Shown here in pieces: positions 47,492 through 56,592 of a stretch of 64,000 nucleotides of DNA. The translations under genes and the position numbers were made by a program. The DNA comes from an uncultured Candidatus Berkelbacteria bacterium (GTDB lineage: Bacteria > Patescibacteriota > UBA1384 > UBA12157 > JAENIV01): NCBI GenBank assembly GCA_963698075.1, contig OY969116.1, positions 542,131 through 606,130 on the forward strand, given 5' to 3'. How positions within the stretch are numbered: the first letter of the stretch is position 1; every line of letters starts with the position of its first letter. The notes beneath the pieces were generated by a model. That model ran no database searches and was not told the DNA's origin. It saw nothing but the letters and a program-made list of their open reading frames with translations.

Positions 47492-47596
47492 CTGATATAT
47501 TCAACGTAGTTGAATAAAATTTTCAATTATTAATTTTTAATTTTAATTTAATTTGAAATTAGTAACTTGAAATTTAAATTATTCCTGAAAGGAATT

Positions 47597-47929
47597 ATGC
47601 CTCTTACCAAATCAGCCAAAAAGGCCTGGCGATCATCGGAAAGAAAGCGCCAAAGAAATCAAAAACAGAAAGTTGAATTAGAAAAAGCGCTGAAAAACCT
47701 GTCTCGCCGAGCCAAGGCGGAAGTGAGCGCAAGCATCAACGAGGTTATTTCTAAAATTGACAAAGCCGCTAAAACTCATCTTATTTCCAAAAACAAAGCC
47801 GCCCGGCTGAAGTCGAGGTTGATGAAGAAGTTCGGCACGCCAAAGAATGTTAAAACTAAAAGCGCAAATGTTAAAGCAACAACTAAAAGCAAAAAGGAAA
47901 TTCCAAAGAAATCTCCAAAGAAAAAATAG
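47597..47929 (+). CDS. rpsT: 30S ribosomal protein S20 with repeat-derived C-terminal extension
   Basis: MP.TKSAKKA.R.SE, IDKAAK..LISKNKAARLKSRL. Confidence 0.95.
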   Translation: MPLTKSAKKAWRSSERKRQRNQKQKVELEKALKNLSRRAKAEVSASINEVISKIDKAAKTHLISKNKAARLKSRLMKKFGTPKNVKTKSANVKATTKSKKEIPKKSPKKK

Positions 47930-48002
47930 TAAATTTCTTCGAAATAAATCTTTTTTCCTTTAAGCTGCAGTTTTTAGCTTTTAATTTTAAGTTTTAAGTT
48001 TT
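47846..48002. repeat. Family-H2 element overlapping the rpsT 3' end
   Basis: ATGTTAAAACTAAAAGCGCAAATGTTAAAGCAACA closely matches ATGTTAAAACTCAAAACGCAAATGTCAAAGTAACA at about 19600. Confidence 0.8.
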
Positions 48003-48013
48003 CAAGGAGGGTA

Positions 48014-48628
48014 ATGCTCGACGAAATTATCACTCCCGCCGAAGCGGAGCTCGCCTCAAAAGCAACCAAAGGCGAACTCTCTTTTTGGCAAAAATTTTTC
48101 TATGGCACCGGCTGTCTTTATGAATTGACCAAATGGATTATTGTTGTTCTAGTGATTGGCACTTTAATTCATTTCTATGTCGGGACTCTTTTTATTGTTG
48201 ATGGTCAATCCATGGAACCCAATTTCAAAAATGGTCAATATATTTTAGTTGATCGCTGGCAATATAACTTCGGGAAACCAGAAAGGGGTGATGTTGTCGT
48301 TCTGAAATTTCCCGGCGATCCTGAACACAAAAAATATATCAAAAGAATTATTGGGCTGCCTGGAGAACATGTCCAAATTATCGAGGGTTTTGTTTACATC
48401 AATGGTCAGAAATTGAATGAATCCTATATTCCTGCCGGCGTCTTAACCATTCCCAATTTAGACCGATGGCTGCGCCAAGATGATTATTTTCTCTTGGGCG
48501 ATAATCGCTATAATTCTTCAGACTCGCGAATTTGGGGGATTTGCCCAAAAAGAGACCTCATTGGTAAGGCTTTTTTTACGCTCTATCCGTTGGAGATGTT
48601 CGGCAAAATAGCCGAAACTAGCAAGTAG
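48014..48628 (+). CDS. lepB: Signal peptidase I
   Basis: GQSMEPN, RGDVVV, YIKRIIGLPG, GDNR.NS.DSR. Confidence 0.97.
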   Translation: MLDEIITPAEAELASKATKGELSFWQKFFYGTGCLYELTKWIIVVLVIGTLIHFYVGTLFIVDGQSMEPNFKNGQYILVDRWQYNFGKPERGDVVVLKFPGDPEHKKYIKRIIGLPGEHVQIIEGFVYINGQKLNESYIPAGVLTIPNLDRWLRQDDYFLLGDNRYNSSDSRIWGICPKRDLIGKAFFTLYPLEMFGKIAETSK

Positions 48629-48730
48629 GTTAAGGTTAGGAAGCCAGTATGGTTTAGAGGTTAAGTCAGTAGGCCTTTTAGACCTAACCCATTAACCATT
48701 CCAGCGTCTTAACCCTAACCCTCTAACCTA
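48626..48730. repeat. Inverted micro-repeat element, family H3 (GGTTAA/GGTTAG type)
   Basis: GGTTAAGGTTAGGAAGC ... CCAGCGTCTTAACCCTAACCC; homologous to 60379-60485. Confidence 0.8.
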
Positions 48731-50254
48731 TTCAACAGTTGGTTCATGAGAACGGGCGAGATTTTCGGCCACATAGCCAATCAAGGGGAAAAGCTCTCTC
48801 GCAAAACTGTCCAAAGTAACCACGTTTTCATTGGATGAATACCAATCTGGCGGGCTGAAGCGCTCTTGGCCGAAACGCTTGGCCCAGTCAACTTCTGCCC
48901 CCAAAACCATTGAATAAGGCAGGTACTCTTCAAATTTACCCTGAAGCGCTTGAACCCCCGGGGCGGGTTTTTTGTCAGTTAAATATTCTCTAAATTCCAG
49001 CCATTCTTGAAGTTCTTGATTACCAAGATTAGTCCGCGCCGGCATAAAAGGCGCGAGCCGCACAATCACCGCCGCGGCAACCATTCCGCCGGCCCAAAAA
49101 AACAGACCATATTTAGGATCAGCGCCGAATATTGCCCCGAGCATAAAACCGGCGAAACTTAAGAAGAATAAAACTACGCCTGCATATTTCCACGCCAAGT
49201 GGACTTTGGCCGGGTTTTGAACAAAATAGCCGCGCTTGGTGGCCTCGTTATAAACTCCCAAATAAAATTTAGCAATTTTTCGGGAAAAAATGTGGCGACC
49301 AATCCGCATTTCGACATCAGCGACGCTACTTTTAATTGATCGGGGTAAAAAGACTTTTCCTAGCAATTCTTTTTCAAAATCTGATAATCCTTTCATTGAC
49401 CCAAAATCCGTCCCCCGGCGAATGCCAAAAGAAAATTGACCATTGCCTTTGTTGATAATGTAGATAAAACCACGTCTAGCCAAATCAATTAAAGTCGCGG
49501 CAATCTCTCGAGCGCCGACCACACCGTCAATCAAAACGCCGGGAATCGCCGGGGCGATTGTATCAGGCGGTCCCCCTAATTGACCGCGGATGGGGATCAT
49601 TTGGGCGCGTCGACGCTTTAAAATCATAAAAAGCATCAAAACAAGGGTGACTCCTGGCAAAACAATGGCAATGTAAAGCCAGATTTTTACCGGTAAATTA
49701 GTAATCGAAAATTCTAATACTTGCCAAAAATTTGGCTGGATCAAGCCCTTGGGTAAATCAGCGACAATCGTGAGGGTGGCTTGCGGTGAAATATCGGTCG
49801 CCTCATAAACTAAAGTTTGCGGATCGCTTAAATAAATTCTGGTCGAACCAATGCCATGGACAGCATAGACAATTTGGCGAACTTCTTCTGACTTAACTGG
49901 AGAAGGTAAGTGAACAATTCCTTGAAAAGCTGAGATATATTCACCAGTTGAATCAAAAACCAGAATTCTGAGTTCGTCATATTGCTCATAAAATCGCAGG
50001 GCGTGATTTTTCTTTTCGCCATCAATGGTGACGGTCCCGGTTTTACTAACCTCAATATTCATCGTTCTTTGATTAATCACTGAGTTAAAAGGTAAGTCTT
50101 TAAATTCGACTGCTGCCAAGGGTCGGCCAAAGATTTGCCAACCTAAAAAAACCAAGACCGCCACGCCGGCGAGGATGACAAAAAAGAAGGCTTTTTTTCG
50201 ATAAAAACCGATCTCACGAAAAAGCGCCTTAATCACTTCCCACGTTGACATCAC
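48728..50254 (-). CDS. DUF2207-like membrane protein
   Basis: IAATLIDLARRGFI, F.EYL, YLPYSMVLG...W, PDWY. Confidence 0.85.
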   Translation of the reverse strand: MMSTWEVIKALFREIGFYRKKAFFFVILAGVAVLVFLGWQIFGRPLAAVEFKDLPFNSVINQRTMNIEVSKTGTVTIDGEKKNHALRFYEQYDELRILVFDSTGEYISAFQGIVHLPSPVKSEEVRQIVYAVHGIGSTRIYLSDPQTLVYEATDISPQATLTIVADLPKGLIQPNFWQVLEFSITNLPVKIWLYIAIVLPGVTLVLMLFMILKRRRAQMIPIRGQLGGPPDTIAPAIPGVLIDGVVGAREIAATLIDLARRGFIYIINKGNGQFSFGIRRGTDFGSMKGLSDFEKELLGKVFLPRSIKSSVADVEMRIGRHIFSRKIAKFYLGVYNEATKRGYFVQNPAKVHLAWKYAGVVLFFLSFAGFMLGAIFGADPKYGLFFWAGGMVAAAVIVRLAPFMPARTNLGNQELQEWLEFREYLTDKKPAPGVQALQGKFEEYLPYSMVLGAEVDWAKRFGQERFSPPDWYSSNENVVTLDSFARELFPLIGYVAENLARSHEPTVE

Positions 50255-50266
50255 CCTCCCTAAATC

Positions 50267-51214
50267 TTAGGTCTTTGCTATTTCAAAAATTAGCAGCTCC
50301 AAAGCCGTTCTTAACTCTATTTTACCAGTTTTTATCCGCACATCAAAATCGAGGAGTTTTGCATAAATTTGTTTTAGGTCCTCTAACGTGTATTTGGCCG
50401 CGATAGCGATGCTTTTTTGGACCACAAAAGGATGAAGACCAGATTTTTTGGCCAGCGTCCAGCGATTATTTGATTTTAGACGCTGGCTTAAATCCTTAAT
50501 CACCAGGAGATTGCGATACTGGTAAATAATCATCGTCAAAATATAAAGTTCATTGGCGCCGGTTTTTAAAAGCTTGTAAAGCTCCTTAGTCGCCGCCGGT
50601 AAATTTTTTTGCGCGGCCTCATCGATCAGATTAAAAATGTTCGCCTGAATTTGAGAATTAACCAAGAGTTCGATATTCTCAGTTGTCAGTTGTAAGTTGT
50701 AAGTTGTCAGTTTATCTATTTCATTCGTCATTCGCCACAAATCGTTGCCGATGTATTCGACAAGTTTTGAGATGGCCGCTGAATCAATAGCTCCGCCCCG
50801 GGTTTCGACTTCTTTTTTGACCCACCGTCGCAATGGCTCACTTTCTAATAATTTAAATTCTTCCATCTTGCCAGGCTGGTTAAGTTTTTTAAAGGGGGCT
50901 GTCCGGCGATCAGGAACACCCTCCTCAACAAAAACCAGGACCGTTGATTTGGGAACTTTGATCAGTGCTTCGGGAATTTTTTCTAAAATATCTTTCTTGC
51001 CATCTTTTAAAATATTTTCCACGATAACTAATCGTGATTTTGCCAAAAAGGGCATCGCCAAAATTTGGCGAATAAATTCGTCAAAAGTTATCGTTTTGCC
51101 ATCCAGCACGGCCAAATTCGTATCACCCAAAGAGGCAGAAATAAATTTCTCCTTGAGCGCTTTTAATTTTTGCCAAAGTCGATATGTATCTTCGCCATAG
51201 AAAAAAAGGATCAT
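50267..51214 (-). CDS. holA: DNA polymerase III delta subunit
   Basis: FFYGEDTY, MPF....RLVIV, NEIDKL, IF.LID, LHPFV, D..IKTG. Confidence 0.95.
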   Translation of the reverse strand: MILFFYGEDTYRLWQKLKALKEKFISASLGDTNLAVLDGKTITFDEFIRQILAMPFLAKSRLVIVENILKDGKKDILEKIPEALIKVPKSTVLVFVEEGVPDRRTAPFKKLNQPGKMEEFKLLESEPLRRWVKKEVETRGGAIDSAAISKLVEYIGNDLWRMTNEIDKLTTYNLQLTTENIELLVNSQIQANIFNLIDEAAQKNLPAATKELYKLLKTGANELYILTMIIYQYRNLLVIKDLSQRLKSNNRWTLAKKSGLHPFVVQKSIAIAAKYTLEDLKQIYAKLLDFDVRIKTGKIELRTALELLIFEIAKT

Positions 51215-51298
51215 TTTCCCTCTTGACTTTTAGTCTACGCACATCATAACATATGTTATTTTAAGTTTAGCAAGCACGCTTGCCTAAGGGGAGGTACC

Positions 51299-52351
51299 TT
51301 GATGATCAAGCTCCAACCGGTAACGATCATTGGCTTGGGTTCATATGTTCCCAGCACCGTTCTCACTAATGATGATATCCGTGACCGGCGTCCCTCGGAC
51401 ATTCCAGAAACTGAATGGACCGGCGATGCCTGGATCTTCCCGCGCACCGGCATCAGAGAACGAAGGATTGCCCCCAAAGATTGGGGTTCATCTGATTTGA
51501 TGGTGCCGGCGGCTAACCGGGCACTCGCTGATGGAAATCTAGCTATCGGCGATATTGATCTGATTATCACTTCAACTTCTTTCCCCGACAAGGGTTCCGA
51601 CTGCCCCCGGACTTCCGAGATCTTCAAACATCTCATCGGCGCCCATCAAACCCCACTTTCGGTGACGGAAAACGCCGAATGCGCCGGGTTTGAGTGGGCC
51701 TCGATCCGCGCTCAAGAGATGATGACTCTCTACGGCTACGAGCGCGTGATGGTCGTCTCCGGCGACAAGACTAGTTCAGCCGCCAACCCCCGTGACCGCA
51801 AAACCTACCCTTTGTTCGGCGACGCCGGCGGCTGCGTCATTCTGGCCCCTTGCGATGAGGGTGACGGCTTCTTGGCCTCGGCTCGCGGCACCGATACCAC
51901 CTATATCGACGCCATTGAGATTCCCGCTGGCGGGTCGAAAATGCCAGCCACCCTGGAAACCGTCCAGCAAGGTCTTCATTATATGACAATGCCTGGCGGT
52001 AGCGATATGCTCAAGATCATTGGTGGTAAAGTCTTCCCCGACATTTGCCGCGAGCTTGTCGCTAAGGCCGGGATCTCCTTAGAGCAAGTCCGCCACATCA
52101 TTGCCCATCAAGCCAATATTCGCATCACCATTGCTGCTGAGAGGCGTCTTGGCACGCACCTCTTCAAGGAAACCCAGCTTTGGTTCGGCAATACCTCGGG
52201 CTCAAGCGTGCCTCTGGCTCTCGACACCCTCTATCTTCACGGCGATCTTGAGCCAGGTGATTACATCATCATCGTCGGTTTCGGCGCTGGCTTTATCTGG
52301 GGCGGCCTCTTGATGCGCTGGACCAAACCGCGGTTCCGATTCCAGGGGTGA
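51299..52351 (+). CDS. fabH: 3-oxoacyl-ACP synthase III family (FabH-like)
   Basis: WIFPRTGIRERR, AECAGF (Cys), LFGDAGG, HQAN (His), GNTSGSS (Asn), GFGAG..WG. Confidence 0.92.
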   Translation: MMIKLQPVTIIGLGSYVPSTVLTNDDIRDRRPSDIPETEWTGDAWIFPRTGIRERRIAPKDWGSSDLMVPAANRALADGNLAIGDIDLIITSTSFPDKGSDCPRTSEIFKHLIGAHQTPLSVTENAECAGFEWASIRAQEMMTLYGYERVMVVSGDKTSSAANPRDRKTYPLFGDAGGCVILAPCDEGDGFLASARGTDTTYIDAIEIPAGGSKMPATLETVQQGLHYMTMPGGSDMLKIIGGKVFPDICRELVAKAGISLEQVRHIIAHQANIRITIAAERRLGTHLFKETQLWFGNTSGSSVPLALDTLYLHGDLEPGDYIIIVGFGAGFIWGGLLMRWTKPRFRFQG

Positions 52352-52363
52352 AAGGAGGAGACG

Positions 52364-52690
52364 ATGAGAAGAGAAGTCTTCCTAGTTATCCGTCAGAATC
52401 CGGAGGCATTTTCGCTCACTCGTTTGGATGGTAATGTCACCACTATTCCCAATCTATGCCAACCACCCAAGGTATTCTTAGGCATTTCCGTCAATCGGGA
52501 TGAGCTGGGCGAAAATCCACCACTCCCCATCTTGCGCCGAGATCTTATAGGCGCATTGGCGCATCCAGTTTCTCCGCCCTTCGGTCAAGAAGACCAGCTC
52601 ATCGCCATCATGGTAGCTTCCGCGAAGGCTGATTGCAGCAGCCTTCGCGATTGCACCCTGGAAGAGGCCCTCACCCTCTGCGAACTATAA
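52364..52690 (+). CDS. Hypothetical protein
   Basis: AAGGAGG RBS directly after fabH. Confidence 0.7.
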   Translation: MRREVFLVIRQNPEAFSLTRLDGNVTTIPNLCQPPKVFLGISVNRDELGENPPLPILRRDLIGALAHPVSPPFGQEDQLIAIMVASAKADCSSLRDCTLEEALTLCEL

Positions 52691-52787
52691 TCCCGCCTGT
52701 TTACCAATCGATCTTTTCCCCGCCGCCCTTGAAAAGGGCGGCTTTCTGTATTAAAATATCTATATCCGCTAGGCTAGGAGGTTTGCC

Positions 52788-53291
52788 ATGGCCGGTATTC
52801 TCGATCTTTGCCCAGAGCCATTCCGCTTGCCCCAACCGCTCGCGCCGCGACTTTCCCATGGCGAAACTTGGATCCAGGTCGGAGCAGTTGTCGGCTACGA
52901 TCCGGAAACCAAGACCATCTACGCCACGCGCACTTTCACCGGCGAGGAAGAAATCAAGAATCCCGATCACTTCCCTGGATGGGTGATCATGGCTGGCGTC
53001 CTCCAGCAAGAGTTTGTCGCTCAGGCCGCTATCCAGTATGCCCTGTTCGACGCCCAATACGACGACTGTCTCTTCACCATCGTCCGAGTGGAGGCGGAGT
53101 TTCGCCAGCAGGTACCTGCTGGCACCGAACTCATGGCAATCTGCCGGCTCCTGACCTTGCCGAAGCCGGGCACCATCAAACTCGGCGATGCCGAATGCCA
53201 GCTATTAACAGCTGACTGTAAGCTGGTCATGTCGGCCAAAATCCGCTTCAAAGTCGTCACCAAAAGCAAGACGCCACTGGCCCAACTCTAA
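52788..53291 (+). CDS. FabZ/FabA-like hotdog-fold dehydratase
   Basis: DHFPG..IMAGVL..E..AQ and AEFRQQVPAG motifs. Confidence 0.85.
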   Translation: MAGILDLCPEPFRLPQPLAPRLSHGETWIQVGAVVGYDPETKTIYATRTFTGEEEIKNPDHFPGWVIMAGVLQQEFVAQAAIQYALFDAQYDDCLFTIVRVEAEFRQQVPAGTELMAICRLLTLPKPGTIKLGDAECQLLTADCKLVMSAKIRFKVVTKSKTPLAQL

Positions 53292-53361
53292 CTGGGCCTC
53301 TTCCAGCGATCACCACCCCGCCTCCTCGGCGGGGTTCTCATATCTAGAGCTATTCTGATTA

Positions 53362-53919
53362 TTATTTAAGCGCTATTGCCTTTTCCCATTCCTTCTCCAG
53401 CCCCAATTTCTTAACCCACGAGAGCAAATATTTTCGATTGATATTACTGGCTTCTAAAACCGCTCTCACATCCTCCAGTTGTCTATCCGATCTGCTTTCA
53501 TGATACCATCGCAGTTTGGCGATAATGAGATCTTCTGGCGAAATAAATCTGATAAGTTTTCCGCCAATTTTTTTCTTTTTAGCGCGCTTTATTTCTAATT
53601 TTTGATGCTCATCTTGGCCTATCACAAAAAAATCGGCTTTGAGACCATATTCCGGCTCAATCAAATTAAACTCGCCCTTGTTTTTATAAGCAGCCAGCGC
53701 AGTATCTTTATTCAAATATCCAACTTTAAACTTCTTTAATAATCCTTCTGTTAGCTCTTCGATTTTCTCTCGAGAGCTAATTTCGATCACAATATCTAAA
53801 TCGGCCGTATAGCGAGGCCTGCCCCAGACTGACACGGCGACACCGCCCGAAACGGCATATTCGATTTTAAGCTCGTCTAAGGTTTGGCTTATTCCGACGA
53901 GAAACTGTTTGATGGTCAT
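53362..53919 (-). CDS. Nucleotidyltransferase-fold protein (MenT1/Rv0078A-like toxin candidate)
   Basis: YAVSGGVAV..WG.PR.T.DLD, SPEDLIIAKL, R...D. Confidence 0.85.
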   Translation of the reverse strand: MTIKQFLVGISQTLDELKIEYAVSGGVAVSVWGRPRYTADLDIVIEISSREKIEELTEGLLKKFKVGYLNKDTALAAYKNKGEFNLIEPEYGLKADFFVIGQDEHQKLEIKRAKKKKIGGKLIRFISPEDLIIAKLRWYHESRSDRQLEDVRAVLEASNINRKYLLSWVKKLGLEKEWEKAIALK

Positions 53920-54025
53920 GTTTGAGTTCTTTGGCAAACTTGAAAAAATCATCCACAATGGTTATCTTTTTATCCGCGGACATTTTTTTATAGATTTTGA
54001 TCTGCTTTTCTTCGGCTTTGTTCAT
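53867..54025 (-). CDS. Small 52-aa putative antitoxin missed by the ORF track
   Basis: MNKAEEKQIKIYKKMSADKKITIVDDFFKFAKEL...; overlaps the NTase start. Confidence 0.7.
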   Translation of the reverse strand: MNKAEEKQIKIYKKMSADKKITIVDDFFKFAKELKHDHQTVSRRNKPNLRRA

Positions 54026-54137
54026 CGCGATTTCATCATACAGCATGCCGCCTAATTTACAAATTCACCCTCACACCAAATATTTTGGTTGAGGGTCTAA
54101 CCTGTTTGACCCCACCTACGAAGTGGGGTTAGAATGG

Positions 54138-55109
54138 TCAGAGCAATTTTTGCTGGTTGTTAGCGCGTCGGGATTCCGGTAATCGCGAGATCAAGGATTT
54201 AAAACCGAGTTTATTTAGTAATTTGATAACGTTATTTTGATCGTAGTCGTGGATGCGTGAATCAGCTAAATTAAATTCGAGCGGGACATCATCAATAATT
54301 TTTGATAATTTTTGTGACAAAAATGCTTGCTCTTTGTTCTCTTTTAATAAGATTTGAACTTTTCCGCTAATTTTTGCAATATTTTTATAAATTTTTTCTA
54401 AATTTCCAAATTCGGAAATCAATTTCGCTGCGCCTTTTTCGCCAATCCCTGGCACCCCGGGAATGTTATCGCTCGGATCTCCTTTGAGCGCCTTAAAATC
54501 GACGAATTGTTTGGGCTCGAGTCCGTAGCGTTCGCGGACTTTCTCAACATCATACATCATCGCAGAATTTACGCCTCGCGCCATTGAATAAACCTTAGTT
54601 TGCTCATCCACCAGTTGTAGGCAGTCTAAGTCTCCGGTGACAATAATAAATTCAAGAGTAGGATTTAGGGTGTAGCGTTTAGCGTTTAGTGATTTGGAAT
54701 TTTGAATTTGGGATTTGTTTAGGATTTCGGATTTAGGATTTCGGATTTTCGCGATAATACTCGCGATCACATCCTCGCCTTCGTACCCTTCCACCGCAAA
54801 AACCGGAATATTCATCGCTTTCAAAATTTCTTTTGTATATGGCACTTGAGCCATTAAATCTTCAGGCATCGGCGCACGATGAGCCTTGTATTCAACATAT
54901 TCGATATGCCGTTTGGTCGGCTTGGGTAAATCAAAACCGCAGGCCAAATATTCCGGCTCTAAGGCTTTAATCGCCGCCAATAAGGCGCTCGTAAATCCAT
55001 AAGCGGCATTAAGCTGCACGCCTTTTTTGTTCGTCAAAGGCGGCAAGGCATAATAAGCCCTAAAAATCAAGGCAAAGGCATCAATTAGGACAAATCTATT
55101 CTTGATCAT
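54138..55109 (-). CDS. Stand-alone 5'-3' exonuclease (PolA N-terminal domain) with micro-repeat insertion
   Basis: LIDA...FRAYYA, YKAHR, EGEDVI, TGDLD, GDPSDNIPGVPGIGEK; insert KIRNPKSEILNKSQIQNSKSLNAKRYTLNP. Confidence 0.93.
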   Translation of the reverse strand: MIKNRFVLIDAFALIFRAYYALPPLTNKKGVQLNAAYGFTSALLAAIKALEPEYLACGFDLPKPTKRHIEYVEYKAHRAPMPEDLMAQVPYTKEILKAMNIPVFAVEGYEGEDVIASIIAKIRNPKSEILNKSQIQNSKSLNAKRYTLNPTLEFIIVTGDLDCLQLVDEQTKVYSMARGVNSAMMYDVEKVRERYGLEPKQFVDFKALKGDPSDNIPGVPGIGEKGAAKLISEFGNLEKIYKNIAKISGKVQILLKENKEQAFLSQKLSKIIDDVPLEFNLADSRIHDYDQNNVIKLLNKLGFKSLISRLPESRRANNQQKLL

Positions 55110-55162
55110 CTTTGCCAAAATCATACCATATTTTTCGAACAAAAGAAAGCCCTGAAGTAACC

Positions 55163-56512
55163 TCAGAGCTTTCGGAGTCGTTTTACCCAGCCCCAAATGC
55201 GGGGCACAAAATGGCCAAAAAGCAGTCGGAAGAAATTGAGCCGGCGAAGCGGATGGCGCCAAAACCAAGGATCAGTGATCAGCCGCCAAATCATATTTAG
55301 AATCCAGTAATAGCGATGATAGAGATTGCGCACTCCTTCCTCAAGCTCTTCCGGAGTCATTTGCGCTGGCTCAAAAACCGCATGGGTCCCGTCATACAAG
55401 CTAGGATCTAGCTTCCGAATCCTCCCCTCCCTTTGCCAGCGCCGATAAAGCTTGGTTCCTGGCAAAGGCGTCAGCACGGTGAATTGAGGCGCATCAGCCT
55501 TCAGTCGATTGAGCTCTCGGAAGGCCCGCCTAAACTCCGCGGGGGTATCACTGTCAAAACCGAAAATCATGGCTGGGATAATGGCGATTCCTGAACGATG
55601 GAGCAACCTTACCATCTCACGATATTGCTCAACTTTGTTAATGGCTTTGCCGGCCAACTCAATTGAGGCCGGGTTGAATGATTCGAAGCCAACGAAGAGG
55701 ACGGCACAGCCGCTTTTGGCTGCCAAGCGAGCCAGATCCGGCCTCTTAAGGAGAGTCATATCTGCCTGGGCAAACCAAGGGCGTCTGACCGGAATGAGCG
55801 CCCGAAAGAGCTCTTCGGCATAGTCGAAGTCAGCCACAATATTATCATTAGCAAAGACTAGCGGGCCTGGCGGCAAGCCGCGGATCTCATCGAGAGTGGG
55901 GCCAATCGGCCGAAAACGGACTTGCTGACCGGAGAACATCCAAACCGAGCAGAAATCGCAAGAGTTGGGACAGCCGCGGGCAGTCTGGAGGATGTTGAAA
56001 TAAGCATAGTCTCTGGGGTTCAGACCCTCTCTTTTGGGACTCGGGATATTCGCCAAACTGGGGGAATGCTCGGCCGTAAAGATGGCCGGCGCCACCCCAT
56101 CCTCGAGGGATGTCAAAAACCGCGACCAGCCACCTTCGGCCTCTCCTCGAAAAACATAGTTAGCTTGCTTGAGGCATTCTTGCGGACAAAACGTGGGATC
56201 AACACCGCCGTAGACAATAGGTATGCCTCGCTCTTGAAATCGAGCGGCGATGGCGTTGGCTCGAGGTCTGACAGCGCTCATCGTCACGGTAATTCCCACC
56301 AGATCCACGGGTAGATCGAAATTGATGGGACTGACAGATTCATCAACAATCGTTACTTGATAGCGAGGAGGTGTCAAGGCAGCGATCTGCATCAAAGCCA
56401 GTGGTGGAAAAAATGGTTTATATTGATGGGGTCCTGGACCGCCTGGATCGGCGGTAACCAGCAGTATCCGCTCAAGCCGCTTATTTTTCAAGGTTCTCAC
56501 CCCTTTCGTCAT
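55163..56512 (-). CDS. B12-binding radical SAM protein
   Basis: PPLAL..IAA, DLVGIT, GG..PT, GEAE, RGCPNSCDFC, GFES, TPLPGT. Confidence 0.93.
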   Translation of the reverse strand: MTKGVRTLKNKRLERILLVTADPGGPGPHQYKPFFPPLALMQIAALTPPRYQVTIVDESVSPINFDLPVDLVGITVTMSAVRPRANAIAARFQERGIPIVYGGVDPTFCPQECLKQANYVFRGEAEGGWSRFLTSLEDGVAPAIFTAEHSPSLANIPSPKREGLNPRDYAYFNILQTARGCPNSCDFCSVWMFSGQQVRFRPIGPTLDEIRGLPPGPLVFANDNIVADFDYAEELFRALIPVRRPWFAQADMTLLKRPDLARLAAKSGCAVLFVGFESFNPASIELAGKAINKVEQYREMVRLLHRSGIAIIPAMIFGFDSDTPAEFRRAFRELNRLKADAPQFTVLTPLPGTKLYRRWQREGRIRKLDPSLYDGTHAVFEPAQMTPEELEEGVRNLYHRYYWILNMIWRLITDPWFWRHPLRRLNFFRLLFGHFVPRIWGWVKRLRKL

Positions 56513-56592
56513 CAGGTGCCATTATACCACGACGGAATTTTATCACATACGAAAAGCCCCCCGCCGCAGGCGGGGAGCCATGAGTCATGGAT

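Noticed and set aside
48626-48730. CCCTAA/TTAGG units as telomere-like repeats
   Set aside because: There are few degenerate units, arranged as an internal inverted repeat with a second copy at 60379; treated as family H3.
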